NCBI GenBank assembly: GCA_030704615.1
Contig: CM060734.1
Span: 4,030,001-4,094,000, forward strand
DNA from: Takakia lepidozioides
Lineage: Eukaryota > Plantae > Bryophyta
Length of the DNA stretch: 64,000 nt
Reading direction: 5' to 3'
A model generated the notes under the pieces. That model ran no database searches. It worked only from the letters and a program-made list of their open reading frames with translations, and was not told the origin of the DNA. A program made the position numbers and the translations under genes. Below, one piece after another: positions 27,071 through 39,526 of the stretch; within the stretch, counting starts at the first letter, position 1, and every line of letters begins with the position of its first letter.

Positions 27071-27960
27071 GCTGACTCATGGAGGCACTGGTGAACTGCC
27101 TAAGGACTGGCATATGGTCTTGAAGGCCGAATTTTGAAGCTCGTGGAGGGCGGTTTGAGGAGTATCTTCATGATATTCCCATGGTCATGCAAGTGAGGGA
27201 AGAGATGAGAAAAAGAGTGTTGGGATGAGGGCATGCTGGGGTTAGGCATTGCTTTAGCTTCTCTTCCTCGTAGTTTTCCACCCTCTCATTAGGCCAAGAC
27301 CTTTCCGTAGATGGAGGCAAGAGTCAGTCCGGGTTTGGGCTGGGGTGTCCTTGCAGAAGCAACACCATGGATTTGTTTTTGGTGTGGGGGAGTTGTCGTT
27401 TTGATTTCTTGTGTTTGGATCTCCTCCATACATGCATGCTTGACTGTGCGTCATGTTAGTTTTGTGTGGGCGCTTGTTTTTATAGGTGATTGGTTCGGAT
27501 TTGATCACCGGCCAGGCCTAGAGCATGCTGTCGATGGTGAGGCTGGGGTGATGACAAGTCATACCATCATTGTTTCTCCTGTGGTGAGGTTGGAGGTGAT
27601 GACCAGCCAACCATAGGAGTGCTTGCGGTGGATGCAGGTGCAGGTGTAGGCTATGTTAGAACCTAGTATTCCAAACCATAAGCCGCAACAGGTTCCCTAC
27701 CCAGTTACCTTGTGAAGAGGGGGTTAGGGACATGTTCATAACCGGTTGAGTGACAGTTTGTCAATACGGAGGTGCCACTAGTTGCTGGGGACAATGCCGG
27801 TTCGAGCACTAGCGATACTAGTGGGTACACGAGATGAGGTGTGCGGTTTAGGCCACCTTCACCTCCTGTGTCTTCTACAGAAGGTTCTGATTCGGATTGT
27901 GAATCAGGAGGACTCACACCGGCGGTGTAAGTTGTTTCCTTGCCATTGTTGTGTGATACA

Positions 27961-29206
27961 ATGGAGGAGATGTATGGAGCTACCAAGGGGCCATGAAGGT
28001 ACTCTGGGGCAGTGAGCACCATCGAGTTGGATGATTTTATCCAAGAGTTTGATAGTTGGTGTGATTTGCAGCAAATGCGCAATCCACAACTATTTACGCC
28101 TTTCATGGCATGGAAGGGGCTATTTCAGCATCTTGAGGGGCCGCCTATGGATGATTACCATGAGTTCAGGCGGGGGCATGAGGTTGAGATCGAGGAGTGG
28201 AAGATGTACTGGTCACCCGACTATGTCTCCATCACTAGGGGCACTAGAGCCATGAGGGCAGTGGCTAAACCTGCCGCTGCACCGGTAGCTTCAGCAAGCA
28301 GCAGTGGGACTAGTGGGACTGGTGGTATCATAGCTACGACGTCCACCCAAGCCACTACCGCACCAGCACCAGTACTCGTGCCTGCCTTTAACCCTGTTGT
28401 GGAGGTCTTCGAAGAGTTGAGAGGGAACTACCAAGGGGTGAGGACAGAGAAGTTGCGGAGCTTACAAGAGTTCCAACGGAAGCCTACTGAGAGCTTGAGG
28501 GAGGCTTTCATTCGCATGAGGCGCTTCATAAATGTAACCCAAGGGGTTATGGAAGCTCAGGCAATCCAATTCCGGTATGGGATATTGGACAAAGAGCTGA
28601 GGAGAAGGGTGCGGGATGCAACTCTCCTACAAGCAGCCCAACTCACCTTAGCAAATGTGTTTTTGCTGGCAGAGCGGAAAGAGCTCAACATGGTGGAGGA
28701 ACGAGTGGTCATGGTGGGATTTGCTAAGGAGACACCACGGGGTAGTGGTGCTCCTAGCCAACCACTACCTCAATATGCTCAAGGCAACAAGGGGGCTCAG
28801 GTGAAGCTCAGGGAAGGACAGAGATGACCTCAAATGCAGGGGTCTCTTCCTTCCTTTGCAGGCCAACAACAGGCTGAGGTGGTGTGTTGGTCATGTGGAG
28901 GACCCCATGTCAAGAAGGATTGCCCAGAGGGAGGCAAAGGGCCGGCACATGCACAGCCTGCACAGTTGCAGTGTGGGCATTGTGGCAAGCACGGGCATGG
29001 AGAGGCCCAGTGTTATGGTTTGCATCCTGAGTTGCGCCCAGGCCAGTTCCAAGGGAACAATGGTGGCCGGGGGCGAGGTGGAGCAGCCCAGAGAGGACGA
29101 GGTGGCCAGGCATGAGGTGCAGGCCAAGGGCAAGCTCAACATGGCCAAGGACGTGGAGATCAGGGTGTTGACCAAGGCATGGCCAACCGGCTTTAGCAGC
29201 TAGAGC
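27961..29206 (+). pseudogene. gag: Retrotransposon gag, 5' part, with two zinc knuckles
   Basis: ORFs 28012-28827 and 28834-29115 are in one frame; CWSCGGPHVKKDC and CGHCGKHGHGEAQC; in-frame stops. Confidence 0.8.
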
Positions 29207-29886
29207 CCCGGGGGGTGCACTCCTCATTAAATGTACCAGCCACGTGCGTGCACAGGAGGGGTTATTTTAAACCCCCCCATGTACAACATTATACATACAG
29301 AGGGGGGTTTAAAACACCTTAAATATAATTTTACAGGAGGGGGTTGTTGAGTTTTTAGGGATAGTGTAGTGGTAAGAATGGCGATTCCGCCGCGATGCAT
29401 CCCGGGATCGAATAGTGGAATCGTCGTTTTGTATGTTTGTTTTTTTTTTTTTTTTTCGCTCCACGATCTTTCTCCCCTGACCTCCCGCGGCTTTCTCTTT
29501 TCTTTCTCCTCCTCTCCCGCGTTCGCCTTCCCTTCCGCGGGCTTTCTCTTTTTCCTCCTCTCCTCTCCCCTCCTCTCCACAGGGCATGGTAGGACAATGT
29601 GGTGAGGGCACTGACTTGGGAGAAGGTTTGAGGTTGTGATGTATGTAGAGGGCAGGAATCGAAGGGGATGAAGTAAGTGCGCGGGAATGTGGGGCAGGCC
29701 TGGGCTGATCGGTGATGATATGCGGGTGTGGTGGCGGATTGTTGTGCAGCAATGACAGGAGGACATGGGCATCAAGATTCCCAGTCATCAGAGGTAATGA
29801 GCACATTAGGCCTATTTTCTTTCCTAATAATGATTGGCGTGACACAATGGTTGTACTCACTGTATCAGGCCTATTCTCATCCTTAT

Positions 29887-32584
29887 TGAATCCAAACAGC
29901 CAGAGGGACAAGATGCCCCTAAGTGTACAGAACCTGAACGTCCTGAATCTGAAGGATTTGGTACTCAAGAGTTTACACAAGACGAGCAAAATCTACACAT
30001 GGGGTAACTGTCCCCCCTTTGCAGAACGGTTGGGCGTCCAGGAGCAATCCCAAGCTACCTAGACGACAAACAATTCACATGCAAAGGGCTGGCTTGCGGC
30101 TGGCCACTTTCAACTTCTCAGGGCTTACTAACCAAAGGAAACAACTCGAAGTGGGACAAGTCCTTCGGACTAATGATATTCATATCTGTGCTGGGCAAGA
30201 AACATGGGAAACTTCGGATAAACTGGTTGGAGATGTCAATGGTTATAAATGGGCAGGTAGGATGTGTACTCTCAAGGCAGCCTCTGCCAAACGCGGTCAA
30301 AAAGGGGTTGGATTCTTTGTCCGTGATTTCTTGTTTGATAATTGTGAAATTATCAACAAGGGTTTGAGGTACGAACATAGTATCTGGCTAAAACTGAATC
30401 TGAAGGGCGGCATGAGTACGAAGGACCTCTTTGTGGGTTGTGTTTACATGCCCACAGAGGGGACCCTTAGTGCTGACGCAGACAAAGCCTTCGAAGATGT
30501 AAAGCTGGACTGTGCTTCGTTCCTTGCCAAAGGTCAGGTAGTGCTATTGGGTGACTTCAATGCCCGGGTGGGCAAAGGGCTCCATCAGGACGATATCATT
30601 GGGCCTTTTGGTGAGGACGAGCCCTCTATAAAGAGTGCTGCAATTTGAAAACCAACAGAGAATTGTGGGCGAGGTACTATCAGCTCCGGAAAGATATCAA
30701 TCAGCTTGTTAGGTCTCAGAAGAAATTATACTGGGATAAGTTATACAGTGAAATAAACTCAAACCACCATGGTGGTAATGACAAGAAATTATGGTTGGCC
30801 CTTCAACGTTTGTACAAGCCTAAAAACGGTCAGCAAGTACAAGCGCTGAAGACTACTAAAGGTGCAGTGGTGACTTCATCGGTTGACATTGTCAAAACCT
30901 TTGAAAATCACTACAGTATCCTTGGCAGAACTTCTAGGTCTAACAGTGAGGGGTCTTCTGCTGAATGGAGGGACACAGTTGGAAAAATTGTTCCTATGAT
31001 TCAAAACAGCCTTGATGAACTGGAGTATATTTCAATGGCTTATAACGCTCCCATTAGTTTACTGAGATTGATTGGAAGCAATTGAACATTTAAATGGATA
31101 TAAAGCTGGTGGACCTGATGGTATTGTCAACGAGCTTATCAAGCACGGTGGCGATCCCATGATAGAGGCCCTAGTTCTCCTCTTTAACCTTATCTGGAAG
31201 ACTGAAATGATCCCCTTTCGCTGGCGACAGGGGGTCATTGTCAGTCTATACAAGAAGGGTGACAGAGAAGAACCGGGGAACTACCGTGGCATCACACTCA
31301 GGAGTTGATTAATTGCGCGAAGAGATACTTTGATCTTTGGGGGCTAGAGGCTAATGTCAGCAAATGTGCAGTGGTAGCATTCAACGACAGAGGAGAGGGA
31401 GGAAGTGATCTTAAGTGGCAGTGGGGTAGCCAAGAGATCCCGGTCCTCCCTTCCTACACTTACCTGGGCGTTGAGTTTTCCTCCAATTGTAATTGGGATG
31501 CACATATCCGGAAAGTTGTTCGAACTGGCAAGGGCAAAGCTCTGGGGCTCACTAAATTTTTCCACTGCAGAGGGGTCATCTCTGAGGTTAAGAAAACCAT
31601 GCTTTGTCGCGTTATTAGACCTGCCTTGGAGTACGGATCTGCTATATGGGTTGATAACTCCAACCAGGCTAAGTCTCTAGAATCCATTCAAGTGGGGGTG
31701 CTTAAGGAGTGTATGTCAGCATGCTCCAAAACAGCCAATGTGGCTGTTCGGGGTGAGTTTGGCATTCCATCCTTAAGCTCCCGACGAGATGAATTCAAGG
31801 TCAGATGGTGGGGTCAGCTGCAACATATGCCCAACACCAGATATCCTAAGTTGATTGACTCTATATCTTGGAAACAGGACCGCCCTGTCAAACAGGCTAA
31901 GTCCTGGCAGAAGAGAGTAGAAAAGATTCTCAAGGACCTGGACCTGGATCCGCAAGTCTTGACCCTGCTGGATAAATCTGCCTTAGAGGCTGTAGTGTCT
32001 GAGGCCATGTCTGTTGCCATGAGATTGTCTGATGAAAATGAAGTTAGGCAGAGAACTTCCCTGAACTTGTTTCCAGTCAGTGACATGGGGGTGGACATCT
32101 TGGATGACCTCAAGGGTCTACCCACTCTCGGCACTAGACTGAAATTTAAACTCAGGGCAGGAAGCCTACCTTTGAACAGCAAACAGAAGCAGAGAGAAAG
32201 GGAGAGTGCAATTGTCCGTTGTGTGGGCAATCTGAAGACAGTATTCATTTTCTGATACGCTGTCCGGGTTCTCTCACCAAAGAGAGGCTCTCTTCAATTC
32301 TATCAAGGGAATTGTGCCTGTACCCCTGTTTACCAACTTTGAAAGTCTCGAGGCTGAGCCAAAAGCCCAGGCCCTCCTGAGGCCTAGTTTTTGGGCAAAT
32401 CACACACAGCAGATTGATGCTTGTGTGAAGGGTTTTCTAGAGGATATCTGGAAAACCCAGATTAATTCCTTATACGATGGTAAGTCTTACTACCAACGTC
32501 AGCCCTGTTCCTTTTGTTCCCACTGAAACTGGGCGCGGGGTCAATGGCCACAAGGCTACGGCAAACAACGTCTTATGAGTACAA
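29887..32584 (+). mobile_element. LINE family 1 copy D nested in the P-like element; internal deletions remove part of the endonuclease and the RT core
   Basis: 12-bp TSD TCTCATCCTTAT (29875-29886 / 32585-32596); ORF2 start MQRAGLRLATFNFSG at 30079; deletion junctions at ~30622 and ~31299 relative to copy C. Confidence 0.92.
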
Positions 32585-33099
32585 TCTCATCCTTATCATC
32601 CCTCGCCTTTTGGAAAATTCCAGCCATAATTGAAGGGCAATTGGTTGTTGTACTTAACTGCACGAATGTTCCCCTTTCTGTTGGAATGAGCCGCACGTCC
32701 TTTCCATGCTGACATACCCTTTCTTCTTCCTGCAGGATCCTTTGCCCAGCCCTGTTATTTCTATCATTTGTGCCATCCTCTTGGCGTTTCCACAGCCTCC
32801 CCTCATTGCCAGTGAAGTGTTTCTTTCTCTTCCCTTTGTCTTTAAAGACACTCCAACTGTTAGCTGCAGTACCCTTCGCTGATTTCTTATTGCCTTTGAC
32901 CTCATGTATGTTTTCAATCATGTTTGAAGGGTGATCACTTGCTGCCATATGCATGACTGTGTCCTTGACTGCTTCTCTTGTCTCAGTATGATGTTTAATT
33001 GTTGTCATGTCAGGCTGTGCTCAGCTGCACCGTGGTGTCTTTAAATGGATCAATTTTTCAGACACGGTCTTGCCAACTGAATGATGCAGGTTCACTTGG

Positions 33100-33727
33100 G
33101 AGAGTGCACTCCCCCTTTCCTCTCTGCTTCTGTTTCATGTTCAAAGGTAGGCTTCCTTCCCTGAGTTTAAATTTCAGTCTAGTGCCGAGAGTGGGTGGAC
33201 CCTTGAGGTCATCCAAGATGTCCTCCCCCATGTCACTGACTAGAAACAAGTTCAGGAAGTTTTATGCCTAACTTCATTTTCATCAGACAATCTCATGGCA
33301 ATAGACATGGCTTTGGACACTACAGCCTCTAAGTCTGATTTATCCAGCAGGTCAAGACTTGCGGATCCAGGTCCAGGTCCTTGAGAATCTCTTCTACTCT
33401 GGCCTTGGGAAAACACCTTTTGATCTCAGTCCAGAAAGTGGTCAGAGGTACCAATATCAGTTCTGTCGATCAACACATTGGCACACTGGGGGAACAAATT
33501 TTGTCCATTATGATATAGTCCACAATGGAACGTTCCCCAGTTTGGGATTTCTCACGAGTCCACTGCACTTGGTCACCTCTTGTCTTGTTAATCAAGGTCA
33601 AAAGCTGAAGCTCTTCCAGACAGTTAATTAACCGTCTGCCATTAGAATTCAGCTCGTCCTCACCAGAAGACCCAATGATATCGTCCTGATGGAGCCCTTT
33701 GCCCACTTGGGCATTGAAGTCACCCTA
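33100..33727 (-). mobile_element. LINE family 1 copy E, a deleted mosaic (endonuclease piece fused to C-terminal piece)
   Basis: ORFs 33470-33706 and 33058-33249 match copy C, with the junction near 33400. Confidence 0.85.
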
Positions 33728-34794
33728 CAATAGCACCACAAGATGAAGAGAAGCTTTGGAATGAGACACTTTTCTGACCCCAGTCAATGGTGGGACAATG
33801 TGGGTGGATGGTCAACTGGAAACAGCAGCGGCAACAGCGCAATTGATAAAGCAAGGCACTGCTGATGAAAGGTACCTTCTTCAACGTATTTCAGCCTGAG
33901 GGCACCTTCTGGTTTGACCTGTTTCAGCCTGTTTTTCCCTCTCATCAGACTCAGCCCTGAAGCATATGTATTGAATTCTGTAAGTTAGCTCGTTGGGTGG
34001 ATCTGCGGTGCTCTGGAGTGACTTTGCAAGTTGCTGCCGAGGTGGTAGCATGACAGTACCTAAAAAAAGATAATAGATAGAACAAGGGACTGCTAATGAA
34101 GGTACCTTCTTCAACACATTTCAGCCTGTTTTTTCCTATTATCAGAGTCGTCCCTAGATTTCCAGATGGCGGATTCCAAGCTCCAGATTACCTATGATTC
34201 CATGTGGAATGATAGCTACAAGAAACCTGGATGGGTAGATGGTCAACTGGAAGCCACAGTAGTAGCTGCAGAGGCATGATGTACGCATTGTTAGTGTGGA
34301 GGGAGGGGTAGCTGTTGATGCAGGGAGAGGATCGTGGGTGCAAAATCATCCAAGAGGGCCAGATTTGGAGCAAGGAACAGCGCTGGCAGGAGTTCTATAA
34401 ATTTGATCCACAGCGGTGGGACAATATTGTCAACAAGGTGAGCTTTCTTCATGCAACATCGTAGGGAGTTTGACAGAACTTTGTATTTAAATATGTTAGT
34501 GTGGAGGGAGGGCTAGCCGCTGATGCAAGATGGACTGTGGGTTCAGGATCACCCAAGAGGGCTACCAGCAGTGGAAGTAGCAGCATTTGGTCAATAGCAG
34601 CAGCAAAAATTAACAACATCAAACTCATCAATCAGGTACTTGCTTCTGTATACATTTCATCCTCTTATGAACGTAGTTCCTACTTGGACAGCCTATAGGG
34701 TTGTATAAAACAGGACTTTGGAACCTTCCAACCCGGGTGCTTTGTTATTGGTCTATCAAGGTCTGATTTGAAATGTTTTCATTGCATTTTGCAG

Positions 34795-37700
34795 GTGAAC
34801 TCATCATGGAAGAAGAGTTGGAAGTAAAAGTCCTGCTTGTTGGAGGAGATGCATCACCAAACAGGCTTGGTTCTGTGTTCACTATGCAAGGTGTCACATA
34901 CAAATGCATCCGAGCAGAAATTATAGGTGATGAGCTTGTCTCAGCAAAATTTCATTTCCTTTCCATGGGGGGTAGTGTCCTTTCAGCCAAGCAAGAAGAG
35001 AGGATGGTTCTGAAAGGGGATACTGTACACATTAAGATTTCAGACCAAAATGATGGGGACCAAGGATTGAAAAGACCTCTATCTTCCAGTGGTTCTACGA
35101 TCTTGCATGAGGACAGACCAGGCGAGGACCCGGCACCAGTGTCTACCAAGATGAGGATGGACCCTGATACACCCTTTGCTGGCGATGGTGGAAATGAAGA
35201 CCATGCACATGAGCATGCACTTCAGCAGAGATCTGGTAGATTGTGCAGCACGTTGGCTACATCCAACGATATTCAAAAATGGCAGAAAGAGATTAGAGCC
35301 GTTGAAAGGAAAATCTCTGCAGAAGGACGATGTGACAAGTTTGAGCTGATGACAAAGGATCAACAAGGACAAGCAATGTTCCACATATGGTGTGTTGAGT
35401 GTGAGGATGTTTATGCACGGTCTGGAAAAAACAAACCATATGATGCATGTGCAAACTTTATGAGATCTCATTTGAGGAGTGAGGGGCATCGCATAGCCTA
35501 TGAGAGGCGTCATGGGAAGGGTTCATCACAATGTGTCATCAGCCCTGTAAATGCAGATGAAGCATTAGACGCAAAGAAGAACAGGGTGAAGGAGGCATTA
35601 GAGGAAGTCGCTCGGTTTTGTGAGGACAATCCTGGAAACAGATTTGAGATTGTGGAAGCCACAATTGGAGACTATTCGCAGTTGGGTTCCATAAGGATTA
35701 GGTGCCCACTGGATTCGAAGTGGCTACTCTTGTTTCCAAGGACAGGTTCTTTGCAATCTTCTTTGACAGAGCATGTGAAAGGAAAAACTCATGTCGATGC
35801 AGAGATTTGCCAGAAGGTTGGAAGTAGTGAAGGACCTTGCAAAAAGAGAGGAAGGCCTCCAAAGCCTATGATTGCCAAAGATGTAAAGCAACGGGATCTA
35901 AGCTCTTTCTTGGTCAGTCAACCTGTGTTGCCGTCCCCACCACTTGACAATCCAATTGTGGCATCAACAATGGGAGCATCCTCGTCACAAACTCCATACG
36001 CTTGTGTTGACGCTGCCCAACGGGGAGATCTGATCGAGGATTGACAATTACAGCAAAGGTCCCAATGCAACAAAGAAGAGACAGTTTGTGTTGGGGCCTA
36101 TGGGATGAATGGTGGGAGTACAACCAGCAGAGAATAAGTCTGAAACCATTCCTTCAAGATAGCAAGGGAGGAAAGAAGTGGTATGTCGAGCCGTTGACAA
36201 ATGCAACCATCACTCTAAACAATCAAGAGCATAAGGTTGTTGGTACGTTTCGGCACGCGGATTGTTTTAGAGTGTCATTGGATGGGGAGCCATTTCCAAA
36301 CTTGAGATGTTCAGCATGTTCTTCCATTCCCTTGGAAAATGACTTCAAATGAGGGTATATAGAGAAAGAGGTGCCATGGAATGTAGAGGGGAGAGAGATA
36401 CTGGCAAGGGAAGAAGGTTGTCATATCTTGGAAATGCGGAGATTGTCAAACAAGTTTACAAAAACAGACAGGAGTTGAGGCAGTTGAGGTTCAAATTGTG
36501 GGAGGCCAGGACCAAAGTGGCATCATTGTCTGTGCGATGTAGGAGTTTGAAGGAGTCTGGGATTGAGGCAATTGAAAGAGGAGATGTTCTCAAATTTTGT
36601 CATGATATTGTTGATGCACATAGGAGGGGGGATTTTGAAGGAAAAGAAAGTTTGTGGGATTTTCTTGTTGATATGGGCAAGAATATTGACAGGTCTCCAC
36701 AATGGAAGAGGTATGGTACTAGCACAAAAACAATGTTTGAGACTGTGCAGCTTTGGGGGGGTCCGAGATTGCATCATTTTTTGGCTTCAAATGTGGGGGG
36801 TCCTTCTATTGATACTACAAGACGGTCTTTGAGGAAAGGTTTGAAGTATAGAGCGGGAGAAACGGATGATATATTTCAGCATGTGGCTGGAATTTACAGA
36901 GATGTGATGGAAGATGCAAATATTCCATTGGGAAGCATCCCAGTGATGGTGGCCGAAGATGAAACTGTTGTGAAGCGATTGGTACGTTGGATTGCTAGGG
37001 ATGACACCCTTCTCGGGTTTTGTGGGCTTCAAGACAACCATGAATGTATTTCAAATTTTGTGGTGCAAGTGGGAGAAGGGGAATCAGGGTACCAACATAT
37101 TGTGGAGGCATTCAAAAACAATGTGATTGCCCATTATGCTAGAGTGTTGATAGCAAATCCTCTACATGTACGGTTACCTCGATTGGTATTGGTAATCCAG
37201 CTCACTTGCAATAGATTTGACAACAATTTTGTGAGATCACAATGGGAAGTGGTGAGACAGTTGTGGGACAAATATGTGAGGGACGTGGTTGGGCCTATAA
37301 TTGGGCATGCTTCAGACGGAGATAGTAGGAGGAGAAAAGTGATATTAGAAGATTATGCCAATGGGGCTGGAAATAGATTTTGCATCCTTTGGGAAGGATG
37401 GTTGTTTACAGGTCGAGTGTGCAACGGGGGAGATATATACGGACTCCATGATCAGGACTTCATCCACAATGGGAAAAAATTGGTAAATCCCTTGGACAGT
37501 GCATCACGGATTTTGGTGTTGGGTGATGAGGTTGCTACATTGAATCATGTGTTATTGGTCTACCATTCATTTTCAGTGGACAAGCATGGACTTCGGGAAT
37601 GTGATATCAAAAGAGAAGATCGACAGAATTGGGCAGCAGCTCAACGACTGGCATCTCGGAAGGTGCAAGCTTGTTTGAGGGAGTTACAATCAACTGTGAA

Positions 37701-39215
37701 TCATCGAAGAGAGAGGACCAAAGGTACTGAAATTTACCTATACATCATTTCATGCTACATCGACATTTTTTTGTCTCCTCACATGTCATTGTGTGAGAGG
37801 GTACAATCTGCTGCAAAGGTATCATTTTTTTTCAGATTGTGGAAGTTGTGGCTATTCCAGCACGAGGTGTATAATCTGAAATCCTTCTTCATTAGTAGGG
37901 AAACATACTTGGATTTACAAATTTCATGCCACTACGTGGTTCTACTTATCAAATTGTTCAAGGATAAGTTTAATCATGTGCAAGTTCCTTTGAGCCTTGT
38001 TGGTTCAGATGTGTGTGAAATATTCTTCAGCAAAGTGGGAGGTATGTCACGGAATGAGAGGACATATGACGGGTGTGATTTGATTGAGAGTGCGGGAGCA
38101 TTAACACGCATATCGAGTTCGAGGCGAATCCAAAAGGACCCAAGTTCTCAAGAGCTCACAAGAAACAAGAACACATATGGTCTTCTTTGGAGAAGAAGCC
38201 AGGTATCCCCCTTGCTGATTTGTCCAACTTTTCTACTGTCCAATCGGATGATTGCATTGTGGAGGCTTTGAAAACTGGATTTCTAGAAGCGCAACTTTTA
38301 TGCCATAAACTTGGGATGAAACCAAACAAAGCAACAAACTTGGATTGGTGGAATGAGTTAGGGACAATTGAGAGCCAAATGGAGGTCGAGCTATTCAAAA
38401 GCATGGAAGAGGAGGGTGACGATGTCAATGCCATAGATTCTATTTGTCCTCTTAATGCAGACACACATATTCAAAATGAGGTCGTGGAAGATGAATTGAT
38501 GTGCGGGCCTTCGAATTCAATGGAGGATGTTTTGAGCCAACCTTTGGATGATCATGCGGAAGAGGTACCTGTTCAAAGTGAATTGAGACATACTCTGGAT
38601 GCTGTCATTGATGAGTTTGAACAAGAGAAAGATGGATCGAAGGCAGTGGTTCCATTTGTCAAAGTAGACGGGAAGACCATATTCAAAAGCACTTTGGTTA
38701 GCCAACTCAATGGCAACCCTACTCTATCCAAGGATAGATTGACACGAGTAAGAAGTGCATCGATGTTGTTTTGCCGAGAAAACAAACCAACTACCAGCAA
38801 CAAAGCCACGAGCTTGGGATTGGGTTCGGATTGTGCTGTATTTTTTGTTGATGGGGAGACTGCAATCCAAACTACAAACAGGAAAGGTAGACCAGGGAAA
38901 ACCTGCAGAGGAGCAACCAAAGGCACTTGGTATTTGGGCAGGGTTCAAAGAATGCGGAAGAAAATCAATAAGCGGTTTGTAGAATGTAGGGATTCTGTTG
39001 ATTTATTGGAGCGTCCTTCTCATATGGAGATTGGGTTAGCATGGTACCAAAAAATTCGAGGAGGGGTCTATACGTACGATTTGACGGATAACATGATGGT
39101 TGATTTGGATTCCATTATCGCGTTAGCATGTTTAAAGTACAATGTCAAGTCAAACACATATGTTCTTGATGCAAATGACCGAAAAGTCTTTGACAACTTT
39201 ATCAAAGGCAAATAA
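34795..39215 (+). CDS. P-element-like DDE transposase (~1450 aa if three -1 frameshifts are repaired); N-terminal zinc fingers and AT-hook
   Basis: ORFs 34773-36044, 36041-36352, 36349-38271 and 38187-39215. Motifs AEDET, ASDGDSRR, QDFIHNGKK, DRQNWAAAQRL and GSDVCEIFFS parallel the P/THAP9 catalytic motifs. Also CVEC..H..H and KKRGRPPK, and an acceptor TTTGCAG| at 34794. Confidence 0.75.
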
Positions 39216-39526
39216 TTTTTTTAATTAATTTGTTAGATTTTATTATGTTTTAAATGAATAAATTCGATATAATATAAAAACATACATATACATATTGGAG
39301 GGTTATTTTTAATGATGAAAAATGAGAATATACATACAGAAGGGGGTACTTTTCGAAAATTGTAAATTTTTGTATATTTACAGGAGGGGATTTTATAATC
39401 TTCAAAAAGTATGTACAGAGGAGGTATAAATTATCCAAGGACCCATATACAGGGGGTTTTTTTATTAGGCGACGAACGCACGTGATACGCACAGTTTATA
39501 AAGAGTGCACCCCCCGGGGCTAGAGC

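Larger units (their letters stand above)
29207..39518 (+). mobile_element. 10.3-kb TIR DNA transposon, P-element-superfamily-like
   Basis: Perfect 16-bp TIRs CCCGGGGGGTGCACTC (29207-29222 / 39503-39518) and an 8-bp TSD GCTAGAGC (29199-29206 / 39519-39526). Removing it restores the gag frame (..QLEQRLAAM..). Confidence 0.92.

Noticed and set aside
26832-27113. Pro/Thr-rich ORF on the minus strand
   Set aside because: It is a translation of the minisatellite, with no independent coding evidence.
35913-36053. Intron explaining the first transposase frameshift
   Set aside because: The GTCAGT donor is phase 0 but the ACAG acceptor needs phase 1; the join is out of frame.
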